NCBI GenBank assembly: GCA_021783525.1
Contig: JAJXTT010000001.1
Coordinates: 1-42,341, forward strand
Reading direction: 5' to 3'
From: Pseudomonadota bacterium
Lineage (GTDB): Bacteria > Pseudomonadota > Gammaproteobacteria > Burkholderiales > Gallionellaceae
Length of the DNA stretch: 42,341 nt
The notes beneath the pieces are model-generated. The model worked only from the letters and a program-made list of their open reading frames with translations, ran no database searches and was not told the DNA's origin. Shown piece by piece: positions 8,938-18,188 of the stretch; the first letter of the stretch is position 1, and each line of letters starts with the position of its first letter. Both the position numbers and the translations under genes were made by a program.

Positions 8938-9993
8938 ATGCAAAATGGATTCAAAATTGCCGATAGGCCAATAGGGCGTGGCCATGCCCCATTCATCATT
9001 GCCGAGATGTCTGGCAACCATAATCAGTCGCTCGAACGGGCCCTCGAGATCGTGGAAGCGGCAGCCAAAACTGGCGCGCATGCACTGAAAATCCAGACTT
9101 ACACGCCAGATACCATGACGTTGGATCTGGACGAACGTGAGTTTCGCATCAGCGACCCCAAGAGCCTGTGGGCAGGGACGTCGTTGTACAAGCTTTATGG
9201 CGAGGCTTACACGCCCTGGGAGTGGCATCAGCCCATTTTCAACCGCGCACGTGAGCTCGGTATTATCGCTTTTAGTACGCCGTTCGATGACACAGCAGTG
9301 GATTTCCTGGAAACCCTGGATGTGCCCTGCTACAAGATTGCATCGTTCGAAAACACCGATATACCCTTGGTGCGCCGCGTAGCGGCCACGGGCAAACCTC
9401 TGATCATTTCAACCGGCATGGCCACCGTCGCCGAACTGGATGAAACCGTGCGCGCTGCAAGAGATGCAGGCTGCCAGGATCTGGTCTTGCTCAAATGTAC
9501 CAGTACCTATCCCGCCTCAGCTGAAAACACCAATATCCTGACCATCCCCCACATGCGTGAGCTTTTCGGATGCGAAGTGGGCCTCTCCGATCACACGATG
9601 GGGGTCGGCGTGTCGGTTGCCAGTGTGGCTTTGGGGGCGACAGTGATCGAAAAGCACTTCACGCTCAACCGGGCGGATGGGGGTGTGGACAGCACTTTTT
9701 CGATGGAGCCCGGTGAAATGGCGCAGTTGGGGCTGGAAACCGAACGTGCCTGGCAGGCGCTTGGGCACGTGGGTTACGGCCCTACTGACGCCGAAAAGAA
9801 GTCTATTCAGTTTCGCCGCTCGCTATACGTGGTGCAGGACATGAAGGCCGGTGATGTCCTCACGCGCGAGAATTTGCGTGCCATCAGGCCGGGGTTGGGT
9901 TTGCCACCAAAGTATTTTGAACAAGTCCTGGGCAAGGCCGTCAAGCAGGATATTCAGCGTGGTACCGCGTTGGAATGGGGTTATATCGGGTGA
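8938..9993 (+). CDS. pseI: Pseudaminic acid synthase
   Basis: IIAEMSGNHN, KIQTY, TPWEWH, YKIASFE, LLKCTSTYPA, GLSDHT, IEKHFTL, C-terminal AFP-like RRSL..RPGLGL domain. Confidence 0.95.
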   Translation: MQNGFKIADRPIGRGHAPFIIAEMSGNHNQSLERALEIVEAAAKTGAHALKIQTYTPDTMTLDLDEREFRISDPKSLWAGTSLYKLYGEAYTPWEWHQPIFNRARELGIIAFSTPFDDTAVDFLETLDVPCYKIASFENTDIPLVRRVAATGKPLIISTGMATVAELDETVRAARDAGCQDLVLLKCTSTYPASAENTNILTIPHMRELFGCEVGLSDHTMGVGVSVASVALGATVIEKHFTLNRADGGVDSTFSMEPGEMAQLGLETERAWQALGHVGYGPTDAEKKSIQFRRSLYVVQDMKAGDVLTRENLRAIRPGLGLPPKYFEQVLGKAVKQDIQRGTALEWGYIG

Positions 9994-10023
9994 GCCACAA
10001 TGCATGATGCTGGGAATGAGTCG

Positions 10024-11001
10024 ATGAAACATGATCTTGAGGATCAACTCCGCACCGATGTCACGGAACTCGGACGTTTGATGCTGGGTATGCGGGCCGC
10101 CTATGCTCGAGGCGAGAACGCGATGGAGTATGCGCGCAAGACAGCCGGTGCGCTTGGTAATTCCCCCGCCTCTACACTGATTGCCTATGATTTGCAGGCC
10201 GGAACCTATATTGCCGGGGCAAGGGCGAATCCTGACGCGCGTGCGCGCTGGTGTGGCCAGTTGGCGGAAATCCTGAATCCGTACATCTCAACGCAAAGTT
10301 CGATTCTTGAAGTGGGATGTGGTGAGGCCACCACCCTCGCGGGCGTGCTGAAGCGCCTGGACAAAACGCCCAAGCATGCGCTTGGGTTCGACATCAGTTG
10401 GTCACGCTGCGCTCACGGACTGACTTGGCTGGAGGAAAACGGTGTTTCAGCCAGGTTGTTTGTTGCTGACCTATTTGAGATTCCGCTGGAAGACTCGAGT
10501 ATCGATGTCGTGTACACCTCTCATTCGCTTGAGCCAAATGGAGGGCATGAGGAAGCCGCAATCAAGGAACTGATGCGAGTTGCACGCCGCGCGGTCGGTC
10601 TGGTCGAGCCCCTATATGAGTTGGCGGATGCAAAAGCACAGGAACGAATGAGGTCGCATGGATACGTTCGGGGCCTCAAGGAAACAGCTGAAAAGCTGGG
10701 GGCTACTGTGCGGGACTATCGCCTGCTCGATTATTGCGGTAATCCTTTAAATCCAAGTGGCCTCGTGCTTATCGAGAAAACTGGTACGAACATGACGGAA
10801 AGCTCGGAGATTCAGTGGCGTTGTTCGCTGACACATACACCGCTCACCGCTAATTCCAAGGGTTATTACTCTCCCACGACCGGGGTGGTGTATCCGGTGT
10901 TATCAGGGATCCCCTTACTGCGTGCAGGCCATGCGGTAGTAGCTTCTGCATTTAATGCATTTAATACCCAGAATGAAGATGAAAATGCCTACTCGATCTG
11001 A
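10024..11001 (+). CDS. Class I SAM-dependent methyltransferase with a C-terminal Trm112/YcaR-like domain
   Basis: ILEVGCGEA, GFDIS, IPLEDSSIDVVYTSHSLE; tail RCSLTHTPL...YPVLSGIPLL. Start is 10000 or 10024. Confidence 0.8.
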   Translation: MKHDLEDQLRTDVTELGRLMLGMRAAYARGENAMEYARKTAGALGNSPASTLIAYDLQAGTYIAGARANPDARARWCGQLAEILNPYISTQSSILEVGCGEATTLAGVLKRLDKTPKHALGFDISWSRCAHGLTWLEENGVSARLFVADLFEIPLEDSSIDVVYTSHSLEPNGGHEEAAIKELMRVARRAVGLVEPLYELADAKAQERMRSHGYVRGLKETAEKLGATVRDYRLLDYCGNPLNPSGLVLIEKTGTNMTESSEIQWRCSLTHTPLTANSKGYYSPTTGVVYPVLSGIPLLRAGHAVVASAFNAFNTQNEDENAYSI

Positions 11002-11085
11002 AAATAGTCTATTTGAGTATTTTTTGATTTTGCTTATTCGGTCTTTGTTGTCTAATAAATTCGAACACTGTAATACTCACTTTCT

Positions 11086-12723
11086 ATGATCGAACGATTT
11101 TACAAACGACTTAAGTCAGGTGTTCGAAAAGTATTTAAAAATGAATGGCTTGGAAAGCTTGATGGAATTGAAAAAGAAATCAGGAAAAAAGAGCCAGACA
11201 GGATTTCCGGTGCATTACGTATACTGATTGGGCCTTCATTTGCCATCTATCCGCCTAGTTTTATTCTGGATAGGGCATTGAGTTATGCCTTTCGTTTACG
11301 AGGGGCAGAGGTTATACCGATTTACTGTGACAGTGCTCAACATACTGAATGTAATTACGTCGGGGGGGACTGGGGAGGGAGAGAAAACTTCAAAAAGAAT
11401 TGTGCGAATTGTAAAAAAACTTCTGAAGTTTTATGGAAACAAAACCCAATCAAGCCCATTCCGTTCTCTCGAAATATATCTGGTGTTGAGAAAGCCAGGA
11501 TTTCTGCGGCTGTCTCGCGCATGAGTTTCGAAGAGGCCTCTTGTTTCGAAGAGGATGGGATCGAGTACGGCAGAATGGCAAAAGACATTCTCGTCAATAA
11601 CTATTTAGTAGCAACTCCATCGCTCATTACTGATCATGTAACCTTGCTCAAGGTTCATCTGGAAAACTTATTGGTGGTGAGTCTCGCATATTCCAAAATC
11701 TTAGACGAGCAAAGACCGGATGTGGTTGTCTCGAACGATAGTTATTATGGAATGTGGGCGATTCTGGAGCGCCAATGCAAGGCTCGGTCAATTCCTTTTT
11801 ATTCGCACTATCCGGCAACAATCAACCGTGTTGCATTTGCATATAATGATGCGGCCATGAATCTGGATTTCTCAAAATCATGGGATTCTTTCGCAAGTGC
11901 ACCTCTTTATGCAGAAGATGAAGCGAAAATAAACAGATGGCTAATGGGGCAAAGAGGGTACGTTATTGATACGACTAAGCTTGTAGGTCACGAAAGTGAG
12001 GAACCCATACTCCAGATCATTAACACCAAAAAGTCTACGCTAATAATTGCTGCCAATGTAATTTGGGATCTTGCTGCTTTAGATAAGCAAATAGTTTTCA
12101 AGGACATGGTCGACTGGATCCTTCAAACCATTGAATGGTTCAGGTGTCATGAGGAGTACCAGTTAATCATCAGACCTCATCCGGTTGAGGTATCTCCCCA
12201 AATACCAAAAACCAAAGAAACAGTCGCCTCAGCGATTGAGTTGAGTGGCGTGGTTCTACCCGCGAACGTGTTTCTCCTCAAGCCCGATGCAAAAATTACT
12301 TTGAACGAATTAATTGATCGTTTTGATGTGCGTGGCGTGGCCGTGCATACCACAACGGTTGGATTCGAGTGTCCTGCGAAGGGAATGCCCGTCATCACAA
12401 CCGCCAAATCCCCTTACCGGGGCTTTGGATTTACATTCGATCCGAATTCACCCGAGGATTATTTTTCAGCGATTCATGATCTTCTGCAAGGATATCGAAC
12501 GGTCCTTTCCGAAGATGCCCAATTGTTGGCCAGGAAATTTATCAAGTTTTACCATTTTCACTACTACGCCAATATCGGTCTTTTCTCTGGGAATCCTCCA
12601 AAAATTTCGGATAATTTTGTGAAGATATTGGCTGATAACGATGGGGCCTTTGGCTACGTCGTGAATTCGATTCTGGATGGGGCCCCCATCAATGGCAGCA
12701 CCAGATGGATCCCAGAAACATGA
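11086..12723 (+). CDS. Capsule-biosynthesis (KpsS/LipB-like) GT-B-type protein, possible nonulosonic acid transferase
   Basis: RPDVVV, NVIWD, YQLIIRPHPVE, TTVGFE..AKGMPVIT..PYRG motifs; Cys cluster C-x7-C...CxxC near the N-terminus; AT-rich codon usage. Confidence 0.6.
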   Translation: MIERFYKRLKSGVRKVFKNEWLGKLDGIEKEIRKKEPDRISGALRILIGPSFAIYPPSFILDRALSYAFRLRGAEVIPIYCDSAQHTECNYVGGDWGGRENFKKNCANCKKTSEVLWKQNPIKPIPFSRNISGVEKARISAAVSRMSFEEASCFEEDGIEYGRMAKDILVNNYLVATPSLITDHVTLLKVHLENLLVVSLAYSKILDEQRPDVVVSNDSYYGMWAILERQCKARSIPFYSHYPATINRVAFAYNDAAMNLDFSKSWDSFASAPLYAEDEAKINRWLMGQRGYVIDTTKLVGHESEEPILQIINTKKSTLIIAANVIWDLAALDKQIVFKDMVDWILQTIEWFRCHEEYQLIIRPHPVEVSPQIPKTKETVASAIELSGVVLPANVFLLKPDAKITLNELIDRFDVRGVAVHTTTVGFECPAKGMPVITTAKSPYRGFGFTFDPNSPEDYFSAIHDLLQGYRTVLSEDAQLLARKFIKFYHFHYYANIGLFSGNPPKISDNFVKILADNDGAFGYVVNSILDGAPINGSTRWIPET

Positions 12724-13649
12724 GAAATGGTGTTTTCTATATGAAAGCCATCGTTGGACCGTTTATTTTTGAGCTGAAAAGAAGGCGACTAAAGAAAGAC
12801 CTGCTTTCTAAGATGACGGCGGGCTCCGGTTATCTGTTTTCTGAAAAAGATGTTGAATTATATGTAGCGGAGAGATTTGCAAAATTGCCAATAGCGAGCG
12901 TGGATGGCACAGATGATCCCGCGCTTTTGAAAGTGACGCTTGGCGGAAAACAGGTTTTTTGGCCATCGAGCCTATCTCCCGATGACTTGCCCTGGCTTTA
13001 CCATGAGATATTTGATCCTTTTATAGGAAATCCATCTTCCTATGATCACCCGGGGATTGGTTACAGGAACAGGGAGTGGGTCATTGATGCGGGCGCTGCA
13101 GAGGGTTATTTTTCCGTCTTTGCTCTAGAAAACTCTTGCGGGAAAGTGCTTTGTATCGAGCCACTTTCGATCATGAAACCTGCTCTTGAACGCACGCTTG
13201 CCTCGTATTCTGGTATGGAGCGGTCGACAGTTATCACCGCTGCTCTAGGCGAACGACCTGGTTTTTCCGAGATACAGATTGATAGCAGGCACATATGTGA
13301 CTCAAGAATACTGCTGGATACTTCACCCATAGAACGCTCCGAGAATGCCCCAAAAACTGAAAAAGTCTCAATCGTCACGATTGATCAGTTGGTCGATCAA
13401 TACTCGCTCGGGAAGGGCGGGGTAATAAAAATGGATATAGAGGGTTTTGAAATGGCGGCTTTGATGGGGGCGACCGAAACTATGAAGCGCTATAAGCCGG
13501 CTCTGGCTATTGCTGTGTATCACGATCTGGATAACGCAAAAAAGTGCGCTGAAATCATTATTACGGCCAACCCTGAATATAAAATCGAATTCAGGGGATA
13601 TTACGGATATTTTGACCCGCCGCGCCCTTATTTGGTTTTTGCGTTTTAA
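12720..13649 (+). CDS. FkbM-family methyltransferase
   Basis: VIDAGAAEGYFS, IEP, TIDQLV, IKMDIEGFEMAALMGA, LAIAVYH; ATGA overlap with the upstream stop (alternative ATG 12741). Confidence 0.85.
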   Translation: MRNGVFYMKAIVGPFIFELKRRRLKKDLLSKMTAGSGYLFSEKDVELYVAERFAKLPIASVDGTDDPALLKVTLGGKQVFWPSSLSPDDLPWLYHEIFDPFIGNPSSYDHPGIGYRNREWVIDAGAAEGYFSVFALENSCGKVLCIEPLSIMKPALERTLASYSGMERSTVITAALGERPGFSEIQIDSRHICDSRILLDTSPIERSENAPKTEKVSIVTIDQLVDQYSLGKGGVIKMDIEGFEMAALMGATETMKRYKPALAIAVYHDLDNAKKCAEIIITANPEYKIEFRGYYGYFDPPRPYLVFAF

Positions 13650-13666
13650 TTACGGCAATCCGAAGA

Positions 13667-14641
13667 ATGAAACGAGCGCTAATCACCGGAATTGCCGGCC
13701 AGGATGGTTCATATTTGGCTGAATTGCTGTTGGCTAACGGTTACGAGGTCCATGGCATAGTTCGAAGAGAGGCGCTTGAAGACCCTCATCATCGCTTACT
13801 CAATATTCAGCATATTCTTCGTGACATTAAAATTCATGTCGGGGCAATAGATAACCATCTAAGCATTTATAAAATCATTTCGCTTGTTCGGCCTAGCGAG
13901 TGCTACCACTTGGCATCTTCAAGCTTTGTGAGTTACAGCTTTGAAGACGAGTCATCGTTATTGGCTAATAATTTCACCGCTACCCATGCTCTTCTGGCGG
14001 GAATTAAGGAACTTGCACCTGAGTGCCGTGTGTATTTTGCCGGTTCCAGTGAGATGTTCGGCGATGCGAGAATTTCCCCCCAAAATGAATCCACATCATT
14101 TAACCCTCGGTCGGTTTATGGAATTTCTAAACTAGCGGCATTCCACCTGGCCCGGAATTACCGCGAGCATCATAAATTGTTTGTTGCAGCCGGCATTCTG
14201 TATAACCATGAATCATCCCGTCGTGGATATCAGTTTGTAACCAGAAAAATCAGCTCAACTGTCGCCAAAATACATCTTGGCCTAGAGAATCGTTTGGAGC
14301 TTGGAAATATCGATGCCCAGAGAGACTGGGGATATGCACCGGATTACGTAGTGGCTATGCATGCAATGTTGCAACAAGAAAAACCAGAGGATTTTGTTAT
14401 TGCCACAGGAGTTCTGCATTCCGTTCGGGATTTTCTGATTGAGGCTTTTTCGGTCGTGGGTCTGGATTATGAGCCCTACACATATGTTAACCCCGATCAT
14501 TTCAGGCCTGGTGAAGTTGTGCCCCTTTGTGGGGATGCCAACAAGGCACGAAACGTGTTGCACTGGCGGCCAACAAAGACGTTTGGGCAGATCGTAAGAG
14601 AAATGGTTGAATTCGATATTGCCAGGCTTGAAAAGAAATAA
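13667..14641 (+). CDS. gmd: GDP-mannose 4,6-dehydratase (second, divergent copy)
   Basis: ALITGIAGQDGSYLAE, SSEMFG, PRSVYGISK, ILYNHES.RRG..FVTRKI, LGNIDAQRDWG. Confidence 0.88.
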   Translation: MKRALITGIAGQDGSYLAELLLANGYEVHGIVRREALEDPHHRLLNIQHILRDIKIHVGAIDNHLSIYKIISLVRPSECYHLASSSFVSYSFEDESSLLANNFTATHALLAGIKELAPECRVYFAGSSEMFGDARISPQNESTSFNPRSVYGISKLAAFHLARNYREHHKLFVAAGILYNHESSRRGYQFVTRKISSTVAKIHLGLENRLELGNIDAQRDWGYAPDYVVAMHAMLQQEKPEDFVIATGVLHSVRDFLIEAFSVVGLDYEPYTYVNPDHFRPGEVVPLCGDANKARNVLHWRPTKTFGQIVREMVEFDIARLEKK

Positions 14642-15861
14642 TGAGAGTTTTGTTTACCACCCCAATTTTGGAACACCCTGCGGCTGGCGGGCCCCAACTT
14701 CGAATCGAGAATTCGATCAAGGCGCTTTCGGCTGTATGTGAACTAGATGTTGTTTATCGGGCATCAGATAGTCCTGAGGTTGTCAAAAGGACGAGCGAAT
14801 ACTTTGAGCCATTGTGCGTCGAATATCACGTTCTACCGTTACCGCATTACAAGTCCAGAATTCATCGCTACCTTTCGCTACCTGAAAGGCTTATCAATAA
14901 ATTCTTTGATTCTCGTTTGAAGAGGCACGCTCAATTCATCCTTGAGCACATCGACCGAAGAGGGATCGATGTGCTGTGGTTTGGATACGGCAACATTTCT
15001 TATCCTTTGATTCGTCTCATCAAGGCCCGTAGACCTGGATTAAAGGTGGTTTGTGATACCGATAGCGTATGGTCTCGTTTCATTTTGCGTGAGGTGCCCT
15101 ACGCTAAAGGATTCAGAAAACTTAGGATCCTGCGAGAGGGAAGTAGAAAAGAGGCAGAGGAGCGTGCCTGGGTGGATCTTTGCGATGTCACGACCGCTGT
15201 ATCTGAGGTGGATGCCGCGTATTATCGAGGGATCGCCGCGGATCCAGGCAGGATTCACGTATTTTCCAACGTCATCGATATACAGAGCTATCAATTAATT
15301 CCCGGCCCGCCTTCAGGCTTCAAGAAACCCGCAATTCTTCTTGCAGGGAGTTTTGGACATTACAACAGCCCGATGGATACGGCGGCACGATGGATGCTGG
15401 AGGAAGTGTTCCCTAGAGTTTTGCGGGAGTGCCCTGACGTTCATTTTTATATTGTTGGGCGGAATTCCGATGTTGGGTTTGGTCATCTCAATGGGCCAAA
15501 TATTACGGCCACGGGTCGGCTTGATTCGGTGTTACCGTATTTGTGCAACGCCGATGCCGCCCTAGTGCCTTTGAAATTTGAGTCCGGAACTCGTTTCAAA
15601 ATACTTGAAGCGGGTGCATGTAAAATACCAATTGTTTCCACGACATTGGGTGCCGAAGGTATACCTGTTGTTGATGGGCAACATATTCTTATTGCAGATG
15701 AGCCCGTGGCCTTCGCGGAATCAGTTGTCAGGGTCTTGAAGGATAAATATCTGGCCAAGCGCCTTGCTCGGAATTGTCACGATTTGGTAATTGAACAGTT
15801 CAGTGTTGAATCCTTGACTATTGAGGCAAAAGAAATTCTGGGATATCTAGATCGTGATTGA
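14641..15861 (+). CDS. Glycosyltransferase family 4
   Basis: AVSEVDA, LVPLKFESGTRFKILEAGACKIPIVSTTLGAEGI GT-B motif. Confidence 0.85.
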   Translation: MRVLFTTPILEHPAAGGPQLRIENSIKALSAVCELDVVYRASDSPEVVKRTSEYFEPLCVEYHVLPLPHYKSRIHRYLSLPERLINKFFDSRLKRHAQFILEHIDRRGIDVLWFGYGNISYPLIRLIKARRPGLKVVCDTDSVWSRFILREVPYAKGFRKLRILREGSRKEAEERAWVDLCDVTTAVSEVDAAYYRGIAADPGRIHVFSNVIDIQSYQLIPGPPSGFKKPAILLAGSFGHYNSPMDTAARWMLEEVFPRVLRECPDVHFYIVGRNSDVGFGHLNGPNITATGRLDSVLPYLCNADAALVPLKFESGTRFKILEAGACKIPIVSTTLGAEGIPVVDGQHILIADEPVAFAESVVRVLKDKYLAKRLARNCHDLVIEQFSVESLTIEAKEILGYLDRD

Positions 15862-16285
15862 ACGAATACTAAAAAATGAGCAATTGCTTGCAGTTATCAT
15901 TCGAAACTCTTTCCATAAAGATGGAATTGAGTTTCTAACACCGAGCACCTTCTCCCAGCAGCTGGGCTACATGAATCGGCCTGCTGGCTATGTTATCGCC
16001 CCCCATGTGCATAATCCGGTACCTCGCGAGGTTCAATTCACCAAAGAAGTATTGTTCATCAAAACAGGCAAAGTACGCGTCGATTTTTACGACGATACTC
16101 AGAACTACCTGGAGAGCCGGATACTGAGCCAGGGCGATGTCATCCTTCTCGCCTTCGGCGGTCACGGGTTCGAAATGCTGGAGACGAGCGAGATCATTGA
16201 AGTCAAGCAGGGACCATACGCTGGTGAAGCTGACAAAACGCGTTTTCAGCCTGTTGGGGCCGACAAGCTTAGGCTTGTGGACTGA
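15854..16285 (+). CDS. Cupin-fold protein (WbuC-like), function unknown
   Basis: PHVH...E.L...G.V, GDVILL..GGHGF and EVKQGPY cupin motifs; GTG start overlaps the upstream gene. Confidence 0.7.
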   Translation: MIERILKNEQLLAVIIRNSFHKDGIEFLTPSTFSQQLGYMNRPAGYVIAPHVHNPVPREVQFTKEVLFIKTGKVRVDFYDDTQNYLESRILSQGDVILLAFGGHGFEMLETSEIIEVKQGPYAGEADKTRFQPVGADKLRLVD

Positions 16286-16287
16286 AC

Positions 16288-17412
16288 ATGAATCAGCCAG
16301 ACTTCATACCTGTAAACGAGCCACTGCTAGACGGCAACGAGAAAAAATACCTTACCGAGTGTATCGACACCGGCTGGATTTCTTCCGAAGGACCGTTCAT
16401 TAAGCAGTTTGAGGAGAAGTTCTCCGCGCAGGTTCGTCGCAAGCATGGCATCGCCGTATGCAATGGCACTGCCGCGCTTGATGCTGCCATCGAGGCTTTG
16501 GGGGTTGGACCGGGGGATGAGGTGATCATGCCCACCTTCACCATCATCTCCTGCATCGGCCAGATTGTCCGTTCTGGCGCCAAACCGGTGCTGGTGGACA
16601 GTGATCCCGTTACCTGGAACATGGATATCAGCCAGATCGAGGCCAAGATCACGGCACACACCAAGGCGATCATGGTGGTGCACATCTTTGGCCTGCCGGT
16701 GGATATCGACCCCGTGCTGAACATTGCTCGCCGCCATGGCCTCAAGGTGCTGGAAGATGCTGCGCAGATGCACGGACAAATCTACAAGGGGCAGCCGTGC
16801 GGCAGTTTCGGTGATATCAGTACATTCAGTTTTTATCCCAACAAGCACATCACCACCGGCGAGGGGGGCATGATCGTTACCAACGATGATCAACTCGCCG
16901 AGGACTGCCGCAGCCTGCGCAACCTTTGCTTCCAGCCGCACAAACGCTTTGTGCATGAGCGCCTGGGCTGGAATCTGCGCATGACCAACATGCAGGCTGC
17001 ACTCGGCGTGGCGCAATTAGAGCGCCTGGATGAATTCGTGGCGCGCAAGCGGCGTATGGGAACCCGATATACTCAGTTGCTTAAGGGCCTGCGCGGCCTG
17101 CAACTACCTCTTCCACGTACCGACTATGCCGAAAACATCTATTGGGTTTATGGCTTGGTATTGGACGAATCTGTCGGCCTGGATGCCGAAGAGGCCATGA
17201 AGCGGTTGGCAGCGAAAGGTGTGGGGACCCGGCCATTCTTTTACCCTATGCATCAACAACCGGTGCTGAGAAAGATGGGCTTGTTCGAAAGTGTGGCCCT
17301 GCCCGTGGCGGAGCGCTTGTACAAGCAAGGATTTTATATCCCCAGCGGAATGGCGTTGACGGATGATCAGGCCCAGCGTGTTGCCGAGGCAGTCAGAGGG
17401 GTGCTGGCATGA
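16288..17412 (+). CDS. DegT/DnrJ/EryC1/StrS aminotransferase, perosamine synthase (Per/RfbE)-like
   Basis: IPVNEPLLDGNE..Y..ECIDTGWISS.G N-terminus typical of Per, EDAAQ, FSFYPNKHITTGEGG, TRPFFYPMH. Confidence 0.85.
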   Translation: MNQPDFIPVNEPLLDGNEKKYLTECIDTGWISSEGPFIKQFEEKFSAQVRRKHGIAVCNGTAALDAAIEALGVGPGDEVIMPTFTIISCIGQIVRSGAKPVLVDSDPVTWNMDISQIEAKITAHTKAIMVVHIFGLPVDIDPVLNIARRHGLKVLEDAAQMHGQIYKGQPCGSFGDISTFSFYPNKHITTGEGGMIVTNDDQLAEDCRSLRNLCFQPHKRFVHERLGWNLRMTNMQAALGVAQLERLDEFVARKRRMGTRYTQLLKGLRGLQLPLPRTDYAENIYWVYGLVLDESVGLDAEEAMKRLAAKGVGTRPFFYPMHQQPVLRKMGLFESVALPVAERLYKQGFYIPSGMALTDDQAQRVAEAVRGVLA

Positions 17413-18188
17413 CCCCTGTATTCGATGCCTACGCCGCCTACTATGATCTGCTTTACAAAGACAAGGACTATGCTGGCGAGGCGCAATTCGTTTTTGACCT
17501 GCTCAACAAGCATGGCGTTGGGACGGGAAAAATTCTCGAACTCGGATGCGGCACAGGCAAACATGCAGAACACCTCGCTCGACTGGGATATGGTGTGCAC
17601 GGGGTGGACATGAGTCCGGCCATGGTTGAGTCTGCCAACGCCCGGAAACCCGCTGAGTTTTTCGACCGCCTCAAATTCGAGGTGGGGGATGTGCGTACGG
17701 CAAAGGTAGATGGCGAGTTCGACGCTGTTATTTCGCTATTCCACGTTGCCAGCTATCAAACCCGCAATGAAGATATTGCGGCCATGTTTAGGACGGTGGC
17801 TTCGCACTTGAAAGAGGGTGGACTTTTTATCTTCGATTGCTGGTATGGCCCGGCAGTTCTCACCGATCGGCCGACGGTGCGCGTCAAGCGGATGCAAGGT
17901 GATACTTTCGACGTGCTGCGCATAGCTGAACCAGTCATGCATCCAAATGAGAACGTCGTGGATGTGAATTACACCGTGCAAGTGACCGGCACATCCGACG
18001 GGCGGGTCACGCAATTCCAGGAAACGCACCGGATGCGTTACCTGTTTGCACCCGAGATTCAGTTGTTCCTTGAGTTGGCGGGCATGCGGCAGATATTGAT
18101 GGTCGAGTGGCTGACCGGTGCGATTACCGGGTTTGACACTTGGGCCGCGGCCTTTATTGCAGTTAAAGGCAACAAATGGGCGCTCTGA
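17409..18188 (+). CDS. Class I SAM-dependent methyltransferase (sugar N-methyltransferase-like)
   Basis: YA.YYDLLYKDKDYAGEA N-terminus resembling TylM1/DesVI-type enzymes, LELGCGTG.HA, GVDMS..M, FDAVISLF, HLKEGGLFIFD. Confidence 0.85.
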   Translation: MTPVFDAYAAYYDLLYKDKDYAGEAQFVFDLLNKHGVGTGKILELGCGTGKHAEHLARLGYGVHGVDMSPAMVESANARKPAEFFDRLKFEVGDVRTAKVDGEFDAVISLFHVASYQTRNEDIAAMFRTVASHLKEGGLFIFDCWYGPAVLTDRPTVRVKRMQGDTFDVLRIAEPVMHPNENVVDVNYTVQVTGTSDGRVTQFQETHRMRYLFAPEIQLFLELAGMRQILMVEWLTGAITGFDTWAAAFIAVKGNKWAL

